From contig JAQUWH010000001.1 of the NCBI GenBank assembly GCA_028692955.1, positions 130,143 to 194,142 of the forward strand: a stretch of 64,000 nucleotides of DNA, in the 5' to 3' direction. This DNA is from Clostridia bacterium (GTDB taxonomy: Bacteria; Bacillota; Clostridia; TANB77; CAG-465). Positions 37,900 to 49,407 of this stretch are shown one piece after another; within the stretch, counting starts at the first letter, position 1, and the number at the start of each line of letters is the position of its first letter. The translations under genes were made by a program, and so were the position numbers. Below the pieces are notes generated by a model. It worked only from the letters and a program-made list of their open reading frames with translations, searched no databases and was not told the DNA's origin.

Positions 37900-38119
37900 A
37901 TAAATGTTGATTTGCGTTGAAGTAGGATGTGGCTACTCTTTGAAGTAGGGAACTCTTATGGAGCATGTCTGATTTAAAATCAGGCGGCAAGTATAATTTA
38001 TGTATTTGCCAAATTTAAAAATGTATTGAATTTGGTATTTTATATGAGATTATTTGAAACACACGGGGTAGTGTAAAACTTGCTTCGCCAACAAAGTATA
38101 GAAAAGGAGTGTTTTACAA

Positions 38120-38437
38120 ATGGCAAAAGTAGAAACAAAAAAAATGAGAATAAGATTAAAGGCTTATGATCATGTTGTGCTAGAGCAAGCAGCATCAAAG
38201 ATAGTTGAAGTAGCTAAGAAAACAGGATCTGAAGTATCAGGACCAATTCCACTACCAACTAGAAAAGAAATCGTTACAATATTACGTTCTCCACATAAAC
38301 ACAAAGATTCAAGAGAACAATTCGAAATGAGAACTCATAAAAGAGTGATCGACGTTATCGAGCCAAACCAAGCAACTGTTGATGCATTAATGTCAATAGA
38401 TATGCCTGCTGGTGTAGATATAGAAGTTAAAATATAA
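38120..38437 (+). CDS. rpsJ: 30S ribosomal protein S10
   Basis: 105 aa; IRLKAYDH ... SGPIPLPT; first gene of the conserved S10 cluster. Confidence 0.95.
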   Translation: MAKVETKKMRIRLKAYDHVVLEQAASKIVEVAKKTGSEVSGPIPLPTRKEIVTILRSPHKHKDSREQFEMRTHKRVIDVIEPNQATVDALMSIDMPAGVDIEVKI

Positions 38438-38561
38438 CTTAAACTTTTGAAAATGATTAGTAGTTATCCTTTTGATAGGCAATAACGTACCCTATACTAA
38501 TAATTTGATCTATATTTATAGAAAGTTTAACAAAAAGTAATTTTAAGGGAGGAAAAACAAA

Positions 38562-39188
38562 ATGGTTAAAGAAATTTTCGGTAAAAAAATCGGAATGACA
38601 CAAATCTTTAATGAAGACGGTAAAGCGATACCAGTAACTGCAATTGAAATTGAACCATTAACAGTAATTTCAAAGAAAACTGTTGATAAAGAAGGATATA
38701 ATGCAGTTGTTGTTAGCTTCGGAGACATTAAAGAAAAAAATGTAAATAAACCTAGAAAAGGTATATTTGCAAAAGCTGGTGTTGAAGCAAAAAGACACAT
38801 TAAAGAAATTAAAGTGGAAAATGTTGATGAATATGAAATTGGAAGTACTATTACAGTTGATGCATTTACAGCAGAAGACAAGGTAGACATTCAAGGAATA
38901 TCTAAAGGTAAAGGATTTCAAGGAAATATAAAAAGACATGGACAACATAGAGGTCCAATGAGTCATGGTTCTATGTATCATAGAAGACCAGGTTCAATGG
39001 GAGCAACTTCTACTCCGGGTAGAGTTTTTAAAGGTAAAAGACTACCTGGACATATGGGTAATGTAGTTTCATCTATATTAAACCTAGATGTTGTTAAAGT
39101 TGACACTGACAAAAATGTTCTTTTAGTAAAAGGATCAATTCCTGGTTCTAAAAAAGCAATTGTTAGAGTTAAAAAAAGTGTAAAGTAA
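38562..39188 (+). CDS. rplC: 50S ribosomal protein L3
   Basis: 208 aa; GKKIGMTQIF ... KGKGFQG; conserved order. Confidence 0.95.
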   Translation: MVKEIFGKKIGMTQIFNEDGKAIPVTAIEIEPLTVISKKTVDKEGYNAVVVSFGDIKEKNVNKPRKGIFAKAGVEAKRHIKEIKVENVDEYEIGSTITVDAFTAEDKVDIQGISKGKGFQGNIKRHGQHRGPMSHGSMYHRRPGSMGATSTPGRVFKGKRLPGHMGNVVSSILNLDVVKVDTDKNVLLVKGSIPGSKKAIVRVKKSVK

Positions 39189-39214
39189 GGAAACGATAGG
39201 AAGGAGGATAAAAA

Positions 39215-39835
39215 ATGCTTAAAGTAGATGTTTTAAATATGGAAGGTAAAAAAGTAGGCGATGTTGAGTTAAACGAATCTATATTTGGAGTTGAAGTAAA
39301 TGATGTGGTTGTTCATTCAGCTTTAGTTAATTACTTAGCTAACCAAAGACAAGGAACTCAATCTACTAAAACAAGAGCGGAAGTTCGTGGTGGTGGAAGA
39401 AAGCCATGGAGACAAAAAGGAACTGGTAGAGCAAGACAAGGTAGTATTAGAGCGCCACAATGGATAAAAGGTGGTATTGCACTTGGACCAAAACCAAGAA
39501 GTTATAAATATGCAATTCCTAAGAAAATGAGACAACTTGCGCTTAAATCAGTTTTAACTTCTAAAGTACAAGAAGGAAAATTAGTTGTAGTTGATAAGCT
39601 AGAATTAAATGAAATCAAAACAAAAAACATGATAAATGTTTTAAATAACTTAAAAGTAAACAAAGCTTTATTCGTATTAGAAGAAAAGAATTTAAATGTT
39701 CAAGCATCAGCTAGAAATATTGAAGATGTTAAAACAACATTAATCAATACAGTGAACATATTTGATTTATTAAAATATGATTCTTTAGTTCTAACACAAG
39801 AAGCTGTTAAGAAATTAGAGGAGGTGTACGCTTAA
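39215..39835 (+). CDS. rplD: 50S ribosomal protein L4
   Basis: 206 aa; RGGGRKPWRQKGTGRAR motif. Confidence 0.95.
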   Translation: MLKVDVLNMEGKKVGDVELNESIFGVEVNDVVVHSALVNYLANQRQGTQSTKTRAEVRGGGRKPWRQKGTGRARQGSIRAPQWIKGGIALGPKPRSYKYAIPKKMRQLALKSVLTSKVQEGKLVVVDKLELNEIKTKNMINVLNNLKVNKALFVLEEKNLNVQASARNIEDVKTTLINTVNIFDLLKYDSLVLTQEAVKKLEEVYA

Positions 39836-39836
39836 T

Positions 39837-40199
39837 ATGAAATATGCAGAGGATATCATTATAAAACCTATCATGACTGAAAAATCTTACGGAAATATTG
39901 CTTTAGGAAAATATACTTTCCAAGTTGCTCTTAATTCTACAAAAATAGAAATTAAAGATGCGGTTGAAAAATTATTTGAAGTTAAAGTTTTAAAAGTAAA
40001 TACAATGAGATATGATGGTAAAAATAAAAGAGTTGGAGTACACCAAGGGTTAACAAGTGCTTGGAAAAAAGCAATTGTACAAATTGATACAAACCCAGCA
40101 GATGAAAAATATCTTGCTAAAGGTGGAAAAGAAACAAAATTAAATAAAAAATACAAAACTGAAATAGAAGAAATCAGTTCAGCATTTGGAACTAACTAG
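39837..40199 (+). CDS. rplW: 50S ribosomal protein L23 (with C-terminal extension)
   Basis: 120 aa; L23 core (KPIMTEKS, KKAIVQ) plus about 25 extra C-terminal residues. Confidence 0.9.
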   Translation: MKYAEDIIIKPIMTEKSYGNIALGKYTFQVALNSTKIEIKDAVEKLFEVKVLKVNTMRYDGKNKRVGVHQGLTSAWKKAIVQIDTNPADEKYLAKGGKETKLNKKYKTEIEEISSAFGTN

Positions 40200-40211
40200 G
40201 AGGGAATAGAA

Positions 40212-41045
40212 ATGGGAGTAAAATCATTTAGACCTGTTACTCCATCACTAAGAAATACAACAGTTTTATCTAACGATGAAATTACAAAAAAATTTCCAGA
40301 AAAAACTTTATTAGCAACAACTAAAAAAACAGCTGGTAGAAACAATTCTGGTAAAATAACTGTTAGACATCATGGTGGCGGAAACAGAAGAAAATATAGA
40401 ATAATTGATTTTAAAAGAAATAAGCTAGACATGGAAGCAACTGTAATTGGAATAGAATACGATCCAAACAGAACTGCAAATGTTGCTTTAATTGAATATA
40501 CAGATGGAGAAAGAGCATACATCATTGCTCCAATTGGTCTTACAGATGGAGATAAAGTTATATCTGCTGAAAAAGCAGATATAAAGCCAGGAAATTGTAT
40601 GACTATAAATTCAATACCTGTTGGTACAATGATATATAACATTGAACTACACAAAGGTAAAGGTGCACAACTTGTAAGAAGTGCAGGTATGTCAGCACAA
40701 TTAATGGCAAAAGAAGGAAAGTATGCTCATGTTAGAATGCCTTCTGGTGAAATGAGACTTGTATCTGTAGAATGTAAAGCATGTATTGGGCAAGTTGGAA
40801 ATACTGATCATGAAAACATTAAATTAGGTAAAGCTGGTAGAACTAGACATTTGGGAATAAGACCTAGTGTAAGAGGTAGTGTAATGAACCCAGTAGACCA
40901 TCCACATGGTGGTGGTGAAGGTAAAGCTCCAGTTGGTCACGCAGGACCTATGACACCTTGGGGTAAACCAGCACTTGGTTACAAAACAAGAAAAACAAAT
41001 CATAGAACAGATAAGTTTATTGTTAAAAGAAGAAATAGTAAATAA
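40212..41045 (+). CDS. rplB: 50S ribosomal protein L2
   Basis: 277 aa; [14 protein letters not shown] motif. Confidence 0.96.
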   Translation: MGVKSFRPVTPSLRNTTVLSNDEITKKFPEKTLLATTKKTAGRNNSGKITVRHHGGGNRRKYRIIDFKRNKLDMEATVIGIEYDPNRTANVALIEYTDGERAYIIAPIGLTDGDKVISAEKADIKPGNCMTINSIPVGTMIYNIELHKGKGAQLVRSAGMSAQLMAKEGKYAHVRMPSGEMRLVSVECKACIGQVGNTDHENIKLGKAGRTRHLGIRPSVRGSVMNPVDHPHGGGEGKAPVGHAGPMTPWGKPALGYKTRKTNHRTDKFIVKRRNSK

Positions 41046-41065
41046 AGATATTGGAGGTAAAAAAT

Positions 41066-41347
41066 ATGTCAAGATCGCTTAAAAAAGGACCATACGTTGA
41101 CGAAAGACTACTTGCAAGAGTAGAAAAATTAAACGCAGAAGATAAAAAAGAAGCATTAAAAACATGGTCAAGAGCTTCTACAATATATCCTCAAATGATT
41201 GGTCATACAATAGCAGTACACGATGGTAGAAAACATGTTCCAGTATATATTACTGAAGAAATGGTAGGACATAAATTAGGAGAATTTGCTCCAACAAGAC
41301 TTTTCAGAGGACATTCAGGAGACAAGAAATCAAGTTTAAAAAAATAG
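41066..41347 (+). CDS. rpsS: 30S ribosomal protein S19
   Basis: [12 protein letters not shown] ...; start at ATG 41066 after GGAGGT. Confidence 0.95.
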   Translation: MSRSLKKGPYVDERLLARVEKLNAEDKKEALKTWSRASTIYPQMIGHTIAVHDGRKHVPVYITEEMVGHKLGEFAPTRLFRGHSGDKKSSLKK

Positions 41348-41376
41348 TTTGAAACTAAAAAAGGAGGAGCCTTAAA

Positions 41377-41718
41377 ATGGATGAGAAAATAGCAAGAGCA
41401 GAGTTACGTCATGCAAGAATTAGTGCAAGAAAAGTTAAGATAGTTATTGACCTTATTAGAGGAAAAAAAGTAAAAGAATCAATCGCTATACTTAAATATA
41501 CAAATAAAGCTGCTGCACCTATGGTTGAAAAACTTGTTAAATCAGCTATGGCTAACGCAGTAAATAACAATCATATGGATGAAACTAAACTATATATTAG
41601 CGAAATATATGCTAATCAAGGGCCTACTATGAAAAGAATTATGCCAAGAGCAAAAGGTAGTGCTAATAGAATTAGAAAAAGAACAAGTCATATAATTGTA
41701 GTTGTAAAAGAAGCTTAA
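41377..41718 (+). CDS. rplV: 50S ribosomal protein L22
   Basis: 113 aa; ARISARKVKIVIDLIRGK. Confidence 0.95.
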   Translation: MDEKIARAELRHARISARKVKIVIDLIRGKKVKESIAILKYTNKAAAPMVEKLVKSAMANAVNNNHMDETKLYISEIYANQGPTMKRIMPRAKGSANRIRKRTSHIIVVVKEA

Positions 41719-41739
41719 AAAGAAGGAGGTAATTTAAAA

Positions 41740-42396
41740 ATGGGTCAAAAAGTTAGTCCACACGGACTTAGAGTTGGAATAATAAAAGATTGGTCATCAA
41801 CTTGGTATGCAAATAAACAAGAATTTTCAAATAACCTAGTAGAAGATCATAAACTTCGTACATATTTAAAAGGCTCACTTAAATCAGCTGGAATAAATGA
41901 AATCAAAATTGCAAGAAAAGGTAATAAAGTTTTAGTTGATATATATACAGCAAAACCAGGAATGATTATAGGCAAAGGTGGCGCTGCTATAGAAGAATTA
42001 AAAGTAAAATTAAATAAAATAGTAGATAAAGAAGTTTCTTTAAATATTGTTGAAGTAAAAGATATTGATATGGCTGCACAATTGGTGGCTGAAAATATTG
42101 CAGTTCAATTAGAAAAGAGAATTTCTTTTAGAAAAGCTATGAAACAAGCAATGCAAAAAACAATGAAAGCAGGTGCACTTGGTATTAAAACAGCTGTATC
42201 TGGACGTTTAGGTGGAGCAGAAATTGCAAGAACTGAACATTATAGCGAAGGAACAATACCTTTACAAACATTAAGAGCAGATATCGATTATGGTTTTGCT
42301 GAAGCATTAACAACATATGGTATCATTGGTGTTAAAGTTTGGATTTATAAAGGGGAAGTATTACCTAGCAAAAAAGAAGTAAAAGGAGGTAACTAG
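41740..42396 (+). CDS. rpsC: 30S ribosomal protein S3
   Basis: 218 aa; [15 protein letters not shown] domain. Confidence 0.96.
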   Translation: MGQKVSPHGLRVGIIKDWSSTWYANKQEFSNNLVEDHKLRTYLKGSLKSAGINEIKIARKGNKVLVDIYTAKPGMIIGKGGAAIEELKVKLNKIVDKEVSLNIVEVKDIDMAAQLVAENIAVQLEKRISFRKAMKQAMQKTMKAGALGIKTAVSGRLGGAEIARTEHYSEGTIPLQTLRADIDYGFAEALTTYGIIGVKVWIYKGEVLPSKKEVKGGN

Positions 42397-42398
42397 AG

Positions 42399-42833
42399 AT
42401 GTTGTCACCAAAAAGAACAAAATATAGAAAAGTACAAAAAGGCACAAATACTGGTAAAGCATCAAGAGGTATCAAAGTAGTAGACGGAGAATACGGTTTA
42501 CAAGCTTTAGAACCAGCTTGGATCACTGCTAACCAAATAGAAGCTGTCAGAGTAACTTTATCTAGATATACAAAAAAAGTTGGTAAAACTTGGATTAAAA
42601 TTTTTCCAGACAAGCCAATTACTAAAAAACCAGCTGAAACTCGTATGGGTTCAGGAAAAGGTAACCCAGAATATTTCGTTGCTGTTATTAGACCAGGTAG
42701 AATTCTATTTGAAGTAGCTGGTTTAGGGGAAGCAGCAAGCAAGGAAGCTTTAAACAAAGCAATGCATAAACTTCCTGTAAAATGTAAAATAGTAAGTAAG
42801 GCTGAACAAGAAGTAGAAGAGAAGGGGGAATAG
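42399..42833 (+). CDS. rplP: 50S ribosomal protein L16
   Basis: 144 aa; [11 protein letters not shown] ... RMGSGKG. Confidence 0.96.
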   Translation: MLSPKRTKYRKVQKGTNTGKASRGIKVVDGEYGLQALEPAWITANQIEAVRVTLSRYTKKVGKTWIKIFPDKPITKKPAETRMGSGKGNPEYFVAVIRPGRILFEVAGLGEAASKEALNKAMHKLPVKCKIVSKAEQEVEEKGE

Positions 42834-42836
42834 TAA

Positions 42837-43037
42837 ATGAAATCTAGTAAAATGAATGATTATACAAACATGACTGTAGAAGATTTACAAAAAGAGTTAA
42901 AAGAATTGAAACAAGAACTATTTAAATTAAGATTTCAACATGCCCTTAATGGTCTTGACAACCCTAAAAAAATGTCATTAGTTAAGAAGAATATAGCAAG
43001 AGTGAATACTGCAATGACTATGAAGAAAGGTAATTAG
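42837..43037 (+). CDS. rpmC: 50S ribosomal protein L29
   Basis: 66 aa; LQKELKELKQELFKLRFQ. Confidence 0.9.
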   Translation: MKSSKMNDYTNMTVEDLQKELKELKQELFKLRFQHALNGLDNPKKMSLVKKNIARVNTAMTMKKGN

Positions 43038-43059
43038 TGGTAAAGGAGGAAATTGACAC

Positions 43060-43314
43060 ATGGAAAGAAATTTAAGAAAAACTAAAATTGGTAAAGTGGT
43101 AAGTAACAAAATGGATAAAACTATTGTTGTTAGAATCGATACTAAGACAAAAGATCCACTTTATGGTAAAATAGTTAACCAAACATTAAAAGTGAAAGCT
43201 CACGACGAAAATAACGAATGTGAGATCGGCGACACAGTAGAAGTAATGGAAACTAGACCACTAAGCAAAGATAAAAGATATAGACTAGTAAGAGTTGTGG
43301 AAAAAGTTAAATAG
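43060..43314 (+). CDS. rpsQ: 30S ribosomal protein S17
   Basis: 84 aa; [14 protein letters not shown] ... [11 protein letters not shown]. Confidence 0.95.
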   Translation: MERNLRKTKIGKVVSNKMDKTIVVRIDTKTKDPLYGKIVNQTLKVKAHDENNECEIGDTVEVMETRPLSKDKRYRLVRVVEKVK

Positions 43315-43345
43315 TAATAAAAAAGTTTGAAGGGAGGACTAATCC

Positions 43346-43714
43346 ATGATACAACAACAATCATTGTTAAAAGTAGCTGATAATACGGGAGCAAAAGAAA
43401 TTATGTGTATCCGTGTTCTAGGCGGAAGCTTTAGAAAAACTGGAAACATTGGTGATGTAATAGTTGCTTCTGTTAAAAAAGCAGCACCTGGAGGCGCTGT
43501 AAAAAAAGGCGATGTTGTTAAAGCAGTTATCGTAAGAACAAAAAAAGGTCTAAGACGTGATGATGGTTCATATATAAGATTTGATGAAAACGCAGCAGTT
43601 TTAATTAAAGATGATAAGACTCCAAGAGGAACACGTATTTTTGGGCCAGTAGCAAGAGAACTAAGAGATAATGACTATATGAAGATTATATCTCTAGCAC
43701 CAGAAGTTCTTTAA
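43346..43714 (+). CDS. rplN: 50S ribosomal protein L14
   Basis: 122 aa; [18 protein letters not shown]. Confidence 0.96.
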   Translation: MIQQQSLLKVADNTGAKEIMCIRVLGGSFRKTGNIGDVIVASVKKAAPGGAVKKGDVVKAVIVRTKKGLRRDDGSYIRFDENAAVLIKDDKTPRGTRIFGPVARELRDNDYMKIISLAPEVL

Positions 43715-43733
43715 ATTTCGGAGGTGAAAGAAA

Positions 43734-44054
43734 GTGGTATCAAAATTAAAATTAAGAAAAGGCGACACTGTTATAGTTAACACTGGTTCTGAAAAAGGAA
43801 AAAAAGGTGAAATTATCGAAGTTGATAGAAAAGCTGGTAAAGTACTTGTAAAAGGAATTAACGTTAGAACTATGCATGTGAAAGCTAAAAAACAAGGGCA
43901 AGAATCTGGAATTATAAAAAGAGAAGGCCCAATCAATGCATCTAAAGTAAATTTTTATTGTGAAAAATGTGAAAAAGGTGTAAAACTCGGAATAAAAGTA
44001 TTAGAAGATGGAAAAAAGCAAAGATTTTGCAAAAAATGTGAAGAAGTAAAGTAA
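43734..44054 (+). CDS. rplX: 50S ribosomal protein L24 (Cys4-bearing C-terminus)
   Basis: 106 aa; KKGDTVIV KOW motif; GTG start after GGAGGTGA; C-terminal CEKC-x19-CKKC. Confidence 0.9.
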   Translation: MVSKLKLRKGDTVIVNTGSEKGKKGEIIEVDRKAGKVLVKGINVRTMHVKAKKQGQESGIIKREGPINASKVNFYCEKCEKGVKLGIKVLEDGKKQRFCKKCEEVK

Positions 44055-44070
44055 AGGAGGGGAAAATCAC

Positions 44071-44610
44071 ATGAACCTTAAAGAAAAATATAAATCAGAA
44101 GTAGCTCCAGCATTAAAAGAAAAATTTGGTTATAAATCAATCATGCAAGCTCCAAAGCTAGAAAAGATTGTTATTAATATGGGTGTTTCTGATATAAAAG
44201 AAAACTCTAAAGCAATTGAAATGGCAATAAGAGATTTAGAACTTATCGCTGGTCAAAAACCAGTTATAACAAAAGCAAAAAAATCAATTGCTGCTTTTAA
44301 AGTTAGAGAAGGCATGGATCTTGGTTGCAAAGTAACATTAAGATCAGAAAAAATGTATGATTTTGCTACTAAATTATTCAATATAGCACTTCCTCGTGTA
44401 AGAGATTTTAAAGGATTAAATCCTAACTCTTTTGATGGAAGAGGTAACTATTCAATGGGTGTTAAAGAACAATTAATATTCCCTGAAATTGAATATGACA
44501 AAATAGACAAAGTAAGAGGAATGGACGTTATTTTTGTAACAACTGCAAAAACAAACGAAGAAGCAAAAGCATTACTTGAAATGCTAGGCTTACCATTCGC
44601 TACAAAGTAA
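44071..44610 (+). CDS. rplE: 50S ribosomal protein L5
   Basis: 179 aa; conserved N-terminus and position. Confidence 0.96.
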   Translation: MNLKEKYKSEVAPALKEKFGYKSIMQAPKLEKIVINMGVSDIKENSKAIEMAIRDLELIAGQKPVITKAKKSIAAFKVREGMDLGCKVTLRSEKMYDFATKLFNIALPRVRDFKGLNPNSFDGRGNYSMGVKEQLIFPEIEYDKIDKVRGMDVIFVTTAKTNEEAKALLEMLGLPFATK

Positions 44611-44623
44611 GGAGGATTTTAGA

Positions 44624-44809
44624 ATGGCAAAAAAATCTATGATTGCTAAACAACAAAGAGAACCTAAATTTAGCACAAGATATTATAATAGATGTAAAAT
44701 ATGTGGAAGACCACATGCTTACATGAGAAAATATGGAATATGCCGTTTATGCTTCAGAAAATTAGCATATCAAGGAGAGATACCAGGAGTAAAAAAAGCA
44801 AGCTGGTAA
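44624..44809 (+). CDS. rpsN: 30S ribosomal protein S14 type Z (zinc-binding)
   Basis: 61 aa; CKICGRP ... CRLCFR. Confidence 0.95.
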   Translation: MAKKSMIAKQQREPKFSTRYYNRCKICGRPHAYMRKYGICRLCFRKLAYQGEIPGVKKASW

Positions 44810-44828
44810 AAAAGGAGGTAAAGAATCA

Positions 44829-45218
44829 ATGAATGATCCAATTTCAGACATGTTAACAAGAATAAGAAACGCAAATGATGCAAGACATGATACAGTTGAT
44901 GTTCCTTATTCAAAAGTTAAAAAATCAATAGCTGATATATTGGTAGCTGAAGGTTTTGTTGCTTCTGCTGATGTATTAGGAGAAGGCACACAAAAAACAA
45001 TCAGAATTACTTTAAAATATGAAGGCAAAACAAAAGTATTACAAGGTTTAAAAAGAATTAGTAAACCTGGACTTAGAATATATGCAAACGTTGAAGAATT
45101 ACCTAGAGTATTAAATGGTCTAGGGATTGCTATAATTTCTACTTCTAAAGGTATTATGACTGATAAAGAAGCAAGAAAACAAAATGTTGCTGGTGAAGTA
45201 TTAGCATATATTTGGTAG
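44829..45218 (+). CDS. rpsH: 30S ribosomal protein S8
   Basis: 129 aa; [13 protein letters not shown]. Confidence 0.96.
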   Translation: MNDPISDMLTRIRNANDARHDTVDVPYSKVKKSIADILVAEGFVASADVLGEGTQKTIRITLKYEGKTKVLQGLKRISKPGLRIYANVEELPRVLNGLGIAIISTSKGIMTDKEARKQNVAGEVLAYIW

Positions 45219-45249
45219 TAAATGAAGAGTATAAAAAGGAGGGCATACC

Positions 45250-45786
45250 ATGTCAAGAATAGGTAAAAATCCTATCACAATACCACAAGGTGTTGATGTT
45301 AAAATTGAAGACCATACTGTTACTGTAAAAGGCCCTAAAGGAACTCTAACTGATACATTCTTAAGTGATGTAAATATAGAAGTTCAAGAAGGAAAAGTAG
45401 TAGTATCTTTAGTGAATGAAAAAGCTGGAAATGTACACGGATTAACTAGAACTTTAATTGCTAATATGGTAACTGGTGTAACAACAGGCTTTGAAAAAGC
45501 ACTAGAAATAAACGGTATAGGATACAGAGCACAAAAACAAGGTAAAAAATTAGTATTAACTTTAGGTTATTCTCACCCTGTTGAGTTAGAAGAACCAGAA
45601 GGTATTACTATTGATGTTCCAGCTCAAAACTCTATTATTGTTAAAGGAATTGATAAACAAGTAGTAGGTCAAATAGCTGCAAATATCAGAGAATATAGAT
45701 TACCAGAACCATATAAAGGTAAAGGTATCAAATACGTTGGCGAACACATTAGAAGAAAAGAAGGTAAAGCTGGCGGTAAGAAATAA
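45250..45786 (+). CDS. rplF: 50S ribosomal protein L6
   Basis: 178 aa; MSRIGKNPI ... PEPYKGKGI. Confidence 0.96.
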   Translation: MSRIGKNPITIPQGVDVKIEDHTVTVKGPKGTLTDTFLSDVNIEVQEGKVVVSLVNEKAGNVHGLTRTLIANMVTGVTTGFEKALEINGIGYRAQKQGKKLVLTLGYSHPVELEEPEGITIDVPAQNSIIVKGIDKQVVGQIAANIREYRLPEPYKGKGIKYVGEHIRRKEGKAGGKK

Positions 45787-45815
45787 ACCTAAAATAAAAG
45801 GAGGGAAACTTACAC

Positions 45816-46175
45816 ATGATTAATAAAAAAAGTAGAAATGAAACTAGAGCTGTTAGACAAAAAAGAGTAAGAGCTACTGTAAAAGGTACAGCTAATAGAC
45901 CAAGACTATGTGTATTTAGAAGTTTAAATAACGTTTATGCACAAATAATTGATGATGATAAACAAGTAACTTTGCTACAAGCTTCTACGCTAGATAAAGA
46001 AGTAAAAACAAAAGCTTCTAATATTGAAGCGGCAAAAGAAGTTGGTACACTTGTTGCTAAACGTGCATTAGAAAAAGATATAAAAGCTGTAGTTTTCGAT
46101 AGAAATGGCTATTTATATCATGGAAAAGTGCAAGCTCTAGCAGAAGCTGCAAGAGAAGCAGGACTTGAATTCTAA
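45816..46175 (+). CDS. rplR: 50S ribosomal protein L18
   Basis: 119 aa; RPRLCVFRS ... [12 protein letters not shown]. Confidence 0.95.
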   Translation: MINKKSRNETRAVRQKRVRATVKGTANRPRLCVFRSLNNVYAQIIDDDKQVTLLQASTLDKEVKTKASNIEAAKEVGTLVAKRALEKDIKAVVFDRNGYLYHGKVQALAEAAREAGLEF

Positions 46176-46196
46176 AAGGAAAGGAGTAACCAAAAA

Positions 46197-46697
46197 ATGG
46201 CTGAAACAAGACAAGAAAAACAAGAATTAAAAGAAAAAGTTGTTAATGTAAATAGAGTTGCTAAAGTTGTTAAGGGTGGTAGAACTTTTAGATTTAGCGT
46301 ACTTGTTGTAGTTGGCGACGAAAACGGTAGAGTTGGTGTTGGTACAGGAAAATCTTCTGAAGTTCCAGAAGCAATCAAAAAAGCAACAGAAGAAGCAAAG
46401 AAAAATCTAGTAACAGTAGCATTAGTAAATGGTACATTACCACATGAATTGACAATAAACTTTGGTTCATCTAAAGTTATTCTAAAACCAGCAGTAGAAG
46501 GTACTGGAGTAATCGCTGGCGGTGCTGTAAGACCAGTATTAGAACTTGCAGGTGTCAAGAATGTAACTGCTAAAACTCTAGGTTCTCGTAATAGTAGAAA
46601 CGTAGTTTATGCTACTATTAAAGCTTTAAAAGCAATGAGAACACCTGAAGAAGTGGCAAGACTTAGAGGAAAAACTGTTGAAGAAATATTAAAATAA
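46197..46697 (+). CDS. rpsE: 30S ribosomal protein S5
   Basis: 166 aa; [12 protein letters not shown] ... VVVGD. Confidence 0.96.
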   Translation: MAETRQEKQELKEKVVNVNRVAKVVKGGRTFRFSVLVVVGDENGRVGVGTGKSSEVPEAIKKATEEAKKNLVTVALVNGTLPHELTINFGSSKVILKPAVEGTGVIAGGAVRPVLELAGVKNVTAKTLGSRNSRNVVYATIKALKAMRTPEEVARLRGKTVEEILK

Positions 46698-46726
46698 GAA
46701 TAAAGAAGGAAGGAGGAACTTCAGGT

Positions 46727-47167
46727 ATGAAAATGCAAGATTTAGGTCCAGCATATGGATCAACTACTTCAAGATTAAGAAAAGGTAGAGGAACAGGATC
46801 AGGCTTTGGAAAAACTGCTGGTAAAGGACACAAAGGTCAAAAAGCTAGAACTGGCGGAAGTATCAGAAGAGGATTCGAGGGTGGACAAACACCATTATAT
46901 AGAAGAATTCCAAAAAGAGGTTTCACAAATCATTTTGCAACTGAATATGCAATCATCAATCTAAGTGATTTAGAAAGATTTGAAAACGATACAGTTGTTG
47001 ATGTTAAAGTTTTACTTTCTGAAGGAATTATAAGAAAAGAGTTAGACGGATTAAAAGTATTAGGTAATGGAGAATTAACTAAAAAATTAACAGTAGTAGC
47101 TACTAAATTTTCTAAATCTGCTGAAGAAAAAATTATAGCGGCAGGTGGAAAGATAGAGGTAAAGTAG
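46727..47167 (+). CDS. rplO: 50S ribosomal protein L15
   Basis: 146 aa; [22 protein letters not shown]. It follows rpsE directly, with no rpmD between them. Confidence 0.95.
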   Translation: MKMQDLGPAYGSTTSRLRKGRGTGSGFGKTAGKGHKGQKARTGGSIRRGFEGGQTPLYRRIPKRGFTNHFATEYAIINLSDLERFENDTVVDVKVLLSEGIIRKELDGLKVLGNGELTKKLTVVATKFSKSAEEKIIAAGGKIEVK

Positions 47168-47168
47168 T

Positions 47169-48479
47169 ATGCTTGAAACCCTTAAAAATATTTTTTCTGT
47201 AAAAGATATCAGAAAAAAAATAATTTTTACAATATGTATTATATTATTATTTAGACTAGGGTCATTTATTACTGTGCCAGGAATCGATAAAATAGCATTT
47301 ATGGATCAAGTTGGTGCGTCTGCTGGTGGAATACTAGGGACTATTAACTTAATCTCTGGTGGTGCTTTTGGTAGATTTTCAATATTTGCAATGACAATTG
47401 GGCCATACATCACAGCGTCAATTGTACTTAACTTACTTCAAGTAGTTATACCTAGTTTAGAAAAACTAGCTAAAGAAGGAGAAGAGGGAAAGAAAAGACT
47501 TTCAAAATACACAAAATATTTAACAATAGCATTTGCGTTAATTGAAGGTTTGGGATTATATTTAACATATAAATCTTACTTATTACCTCAACTTACTTAC
47601 GGTGCAGGAGCAGTAATGGGATGTATCTTATTCTTAAGTTCACTTGTTGCTGGTACAGCATTACTTACTTGGTTAGGTGATAAAATAACAGAATATGGTA
47701 TCGGAAATGGTATTTCCATGATCGTATTTGTTGGTATTATATCACGTATCCCATCTGGTGCCACAGCATTATTTACTTTTGCACAAGGTGGATTAAAGAA
47801 CATACTAATTGTAGCAGCGCTAGTAATAGCGATGATAATCGTAGTGGCAGGAGTTATCTATGTACAACAAGCTGAACGTAGAATTCCAGTTAATTATGCA
47901 AAACGTGTAGTTGGTAGAAAAATGTATGGTGGTCAAAACACTCATATACCAATAAAAGTTGCTATGGCAGGTGTCATGCCAATTATCTTTGCTATGTCAT
48001 TTATGATGTTCCCAGGAACGATTATAAATCTAGTAACAAAAGGAAATCCAACAGGATTTTGGCATGTAGTCAGCAATATTTTCTCGGTTTCTGATGGAAG
48101 TGCGTGGTATTATTTACTTTCTTATTCAGTAATTTACATGTTACTGATTATAGCATTTACCTTTATTTATACGATGTTTATCGTACAACCAGTTGAAATT
48201 GCTAACCAATTAAAGAAGAATGGTGGATTTATACCAGGAATTAGAGCAGGTAAGAATACTTCTGATTATATATCAAGGATTCTTAAATATATAACAGCGG
48301 TAGGAGCAATATTCCTAGCTGCTGTTGCAGTACTACCTGTATTATTACAAGGAGTTATCCCAGTGTCAATATCATTTGGTGGTACATCTGTACTTATCGT
48401 TGTCAGTGTTGCGCTAGAAGTGTTAAAAAATTTGGAAACACAAATGGTAAGCAGACATTACACTGGTTTCTTAAATTAA
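47169..48479 (+). CDS. secY: preprotein translocase subunit SecY
   Basis: 436 aa; 10 TM; conserved position after rplO. Confidence 0.96.
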   Translation: MLETLKNIFSVKDIRKKIIFTICIILLFRLGSFITVPGIDKIAFMDQVGASAGGILGTINLISGGAFGRFSIFAMTIGPYITASIVLNLLQVVIPSLEKLAKEGEEGKKRLSKYTKYLTIAFALIEGLGLYLTYKSYLLPQLTYGAGAVMGCILFLSSLVAGTALLTWLGDKITEYGIGNGISMIVFVGIISRIPSGATALFTFAQGGLKNILIVAALVIAMIIVVAGVIYVQQAERRIPVNYAKRVVGRKMYGGQNTHIPIKVAMAGVMPIIFAMSFMMFPGTIINLVTKGNPTGFWHVVSNIFSVSDGSAWYYLLSYSVIYMLLIIAFTFIYTMFIVQPVEIANQLKKNGGFIPGIRAGKNTSDYISRILKYITAVGAIFLAAVAVLPVLLQGVIPVSISFGGTSVLIVVSVALEVLKNLETQMVSRHYTGFLN

Positions 48480-48500
48480 TACAATATAATTTAAAAAATG

Positions 48501-48529
48501 GATGGATTATATAATTCATCTGTTTTTTT
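48501..48529 (+). terminator. rho-independent terminator after secY
   Basis: stem gatggatt/aattcatc (one G-U pair), then TGTTTTTTT. Confidence 0.65.
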
Positions 48530-48666
48530 ATGAAAAAACTTGTAGTTGACCTTGAATTACGATGCTATATCTTAAAATTTGACATAAAAATAATAAAATG
48601 ATATAATATACAGATATCAAATAGAAGACTCTAATACTAATTAATATTATGGAGGAATATGTTATT

Positions 48667-49023
48667 ATGGTGGATTTAATATTGCGGAATGCAAAAAGCA
48701 AATTATTAGGTGCAAGGGTTTCTTGCCCGGGACTTGAAAAGGAGGTATATATTTTAACTGATTATATGGCTCTAATATCTACTGATTTTCTTAGTCCAAA
48801 AGGTCTGTTTCACTACTATCAAGTCGCATGTTTTGAAATATGCAATGCGTATAGTAAAACAAACCCTGGCAGATACAAAGAGCTTTTAAAAAAGTTAAAT
48901 AAAAAAAGCAAGGCGATTATGTCAAAGCAAGATGATGTTTTGAAAATTGTAGAAATAATTGCTGACAAAGAGTTTTCAGAAGAATTTAAAACACTATACA
49001 ATTCTTATAGACCTATTAATTAA
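48667..49023 (+). CDS. hypothetical protein
   Basis: about 118 aa; start moved to ATG 48667 downstream of GGAGGA; no family recognised. Confidence 0.4.
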   Translation: MVDLILRNAKSKLLGARVSCPGLEKEVYILTDYMALISTDFLSPKGLFHYYQVACFEICNAYSKTNPGRYKELLKKLNKKSKAIMSKQDDVLKIVEIIADKEFSEEFKTLYNSYRPIN

Positions 49024-49030
49024 AAATAAA

Positions 49031-49056
49031 AAAGCAAGTCAAAATTGGCTTGCTTT
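49031..49056. terminator. bidirectional terminator hairpin
   Basis: stem aaagcaagtc/ggcttgcttt (one G-U pair) between convergent genes, flanked by an A-run and a T-run. Confidence 0.65.
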
Positions 49057-49072
49057 TTTATTTAAAAATTAA

Positions 49073-49276
49073 TTATTGTTTTGGTTGCATTTGGTTAGCA
49101 GCTTGTGCTACTAATCTTTTAGTCATTTCACCACCAATAGAACCAGCTTCTCTAGATGTTAAATCACCATTATAACCTTGTTTTAAATTAACTCCTAGTT
49201 CACTTGCAACTTCCATTTTAAATTGATCTAAAGCTGCTTTAGCTTGTTTGTTAGTCATTTTGCTATTAGATGTCAT
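49073..49276 (-). CDS. alpha/beta-type small acid-soluble spore protein
   Basis: 67 aa; KFKMEVASELGV ... KQGYNGDLTSREAGSIGGEMTKRLV signature. Confidence 0.92.
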   Translation of the reverse strand: MTSNSKMTNKQAKAALDQFKMEVASELGVNLKQGYNGDLTSREAGSIGGEMTKRLVAQAANQMQPKQ

Positions 49277-49301
49277 AATATACTCACCTCCGATTTACTA
49301 T

Positions 49302-49330
49302 TAATTTGTGTAGAATAAATAGAATTATAC
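49302..49330 (-). promoter_or_regulatory. forespore-type (sigma-G/F-like) promoter candidate of the SASP gene
   Basis: minus strand GTATA-N15-CACAAATTA; the same arrangement is upstream of the paralogue. Confidence 0.4.
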
Positions 49331-49407
49331 CTATAATTTGAAAGTTTAAAAAAAATTAAATAGTGAGTATTTAAATGGGGTACTCACTATTTATTATTAA
49401 CAATTAA

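Noticed and set aside
38543..46558. Long minus-strand ORFs inside the ribosomal protein cluster (for example 38543-38890, 40370-40654, 42365-42757, 44906-45256, 46172-46558)
   Set aside because: They are mirror-frame ORFs opposite highly conserved genes. Their translations are low-complexity and S/T/F/L-rich, and they have no SD or motif support.
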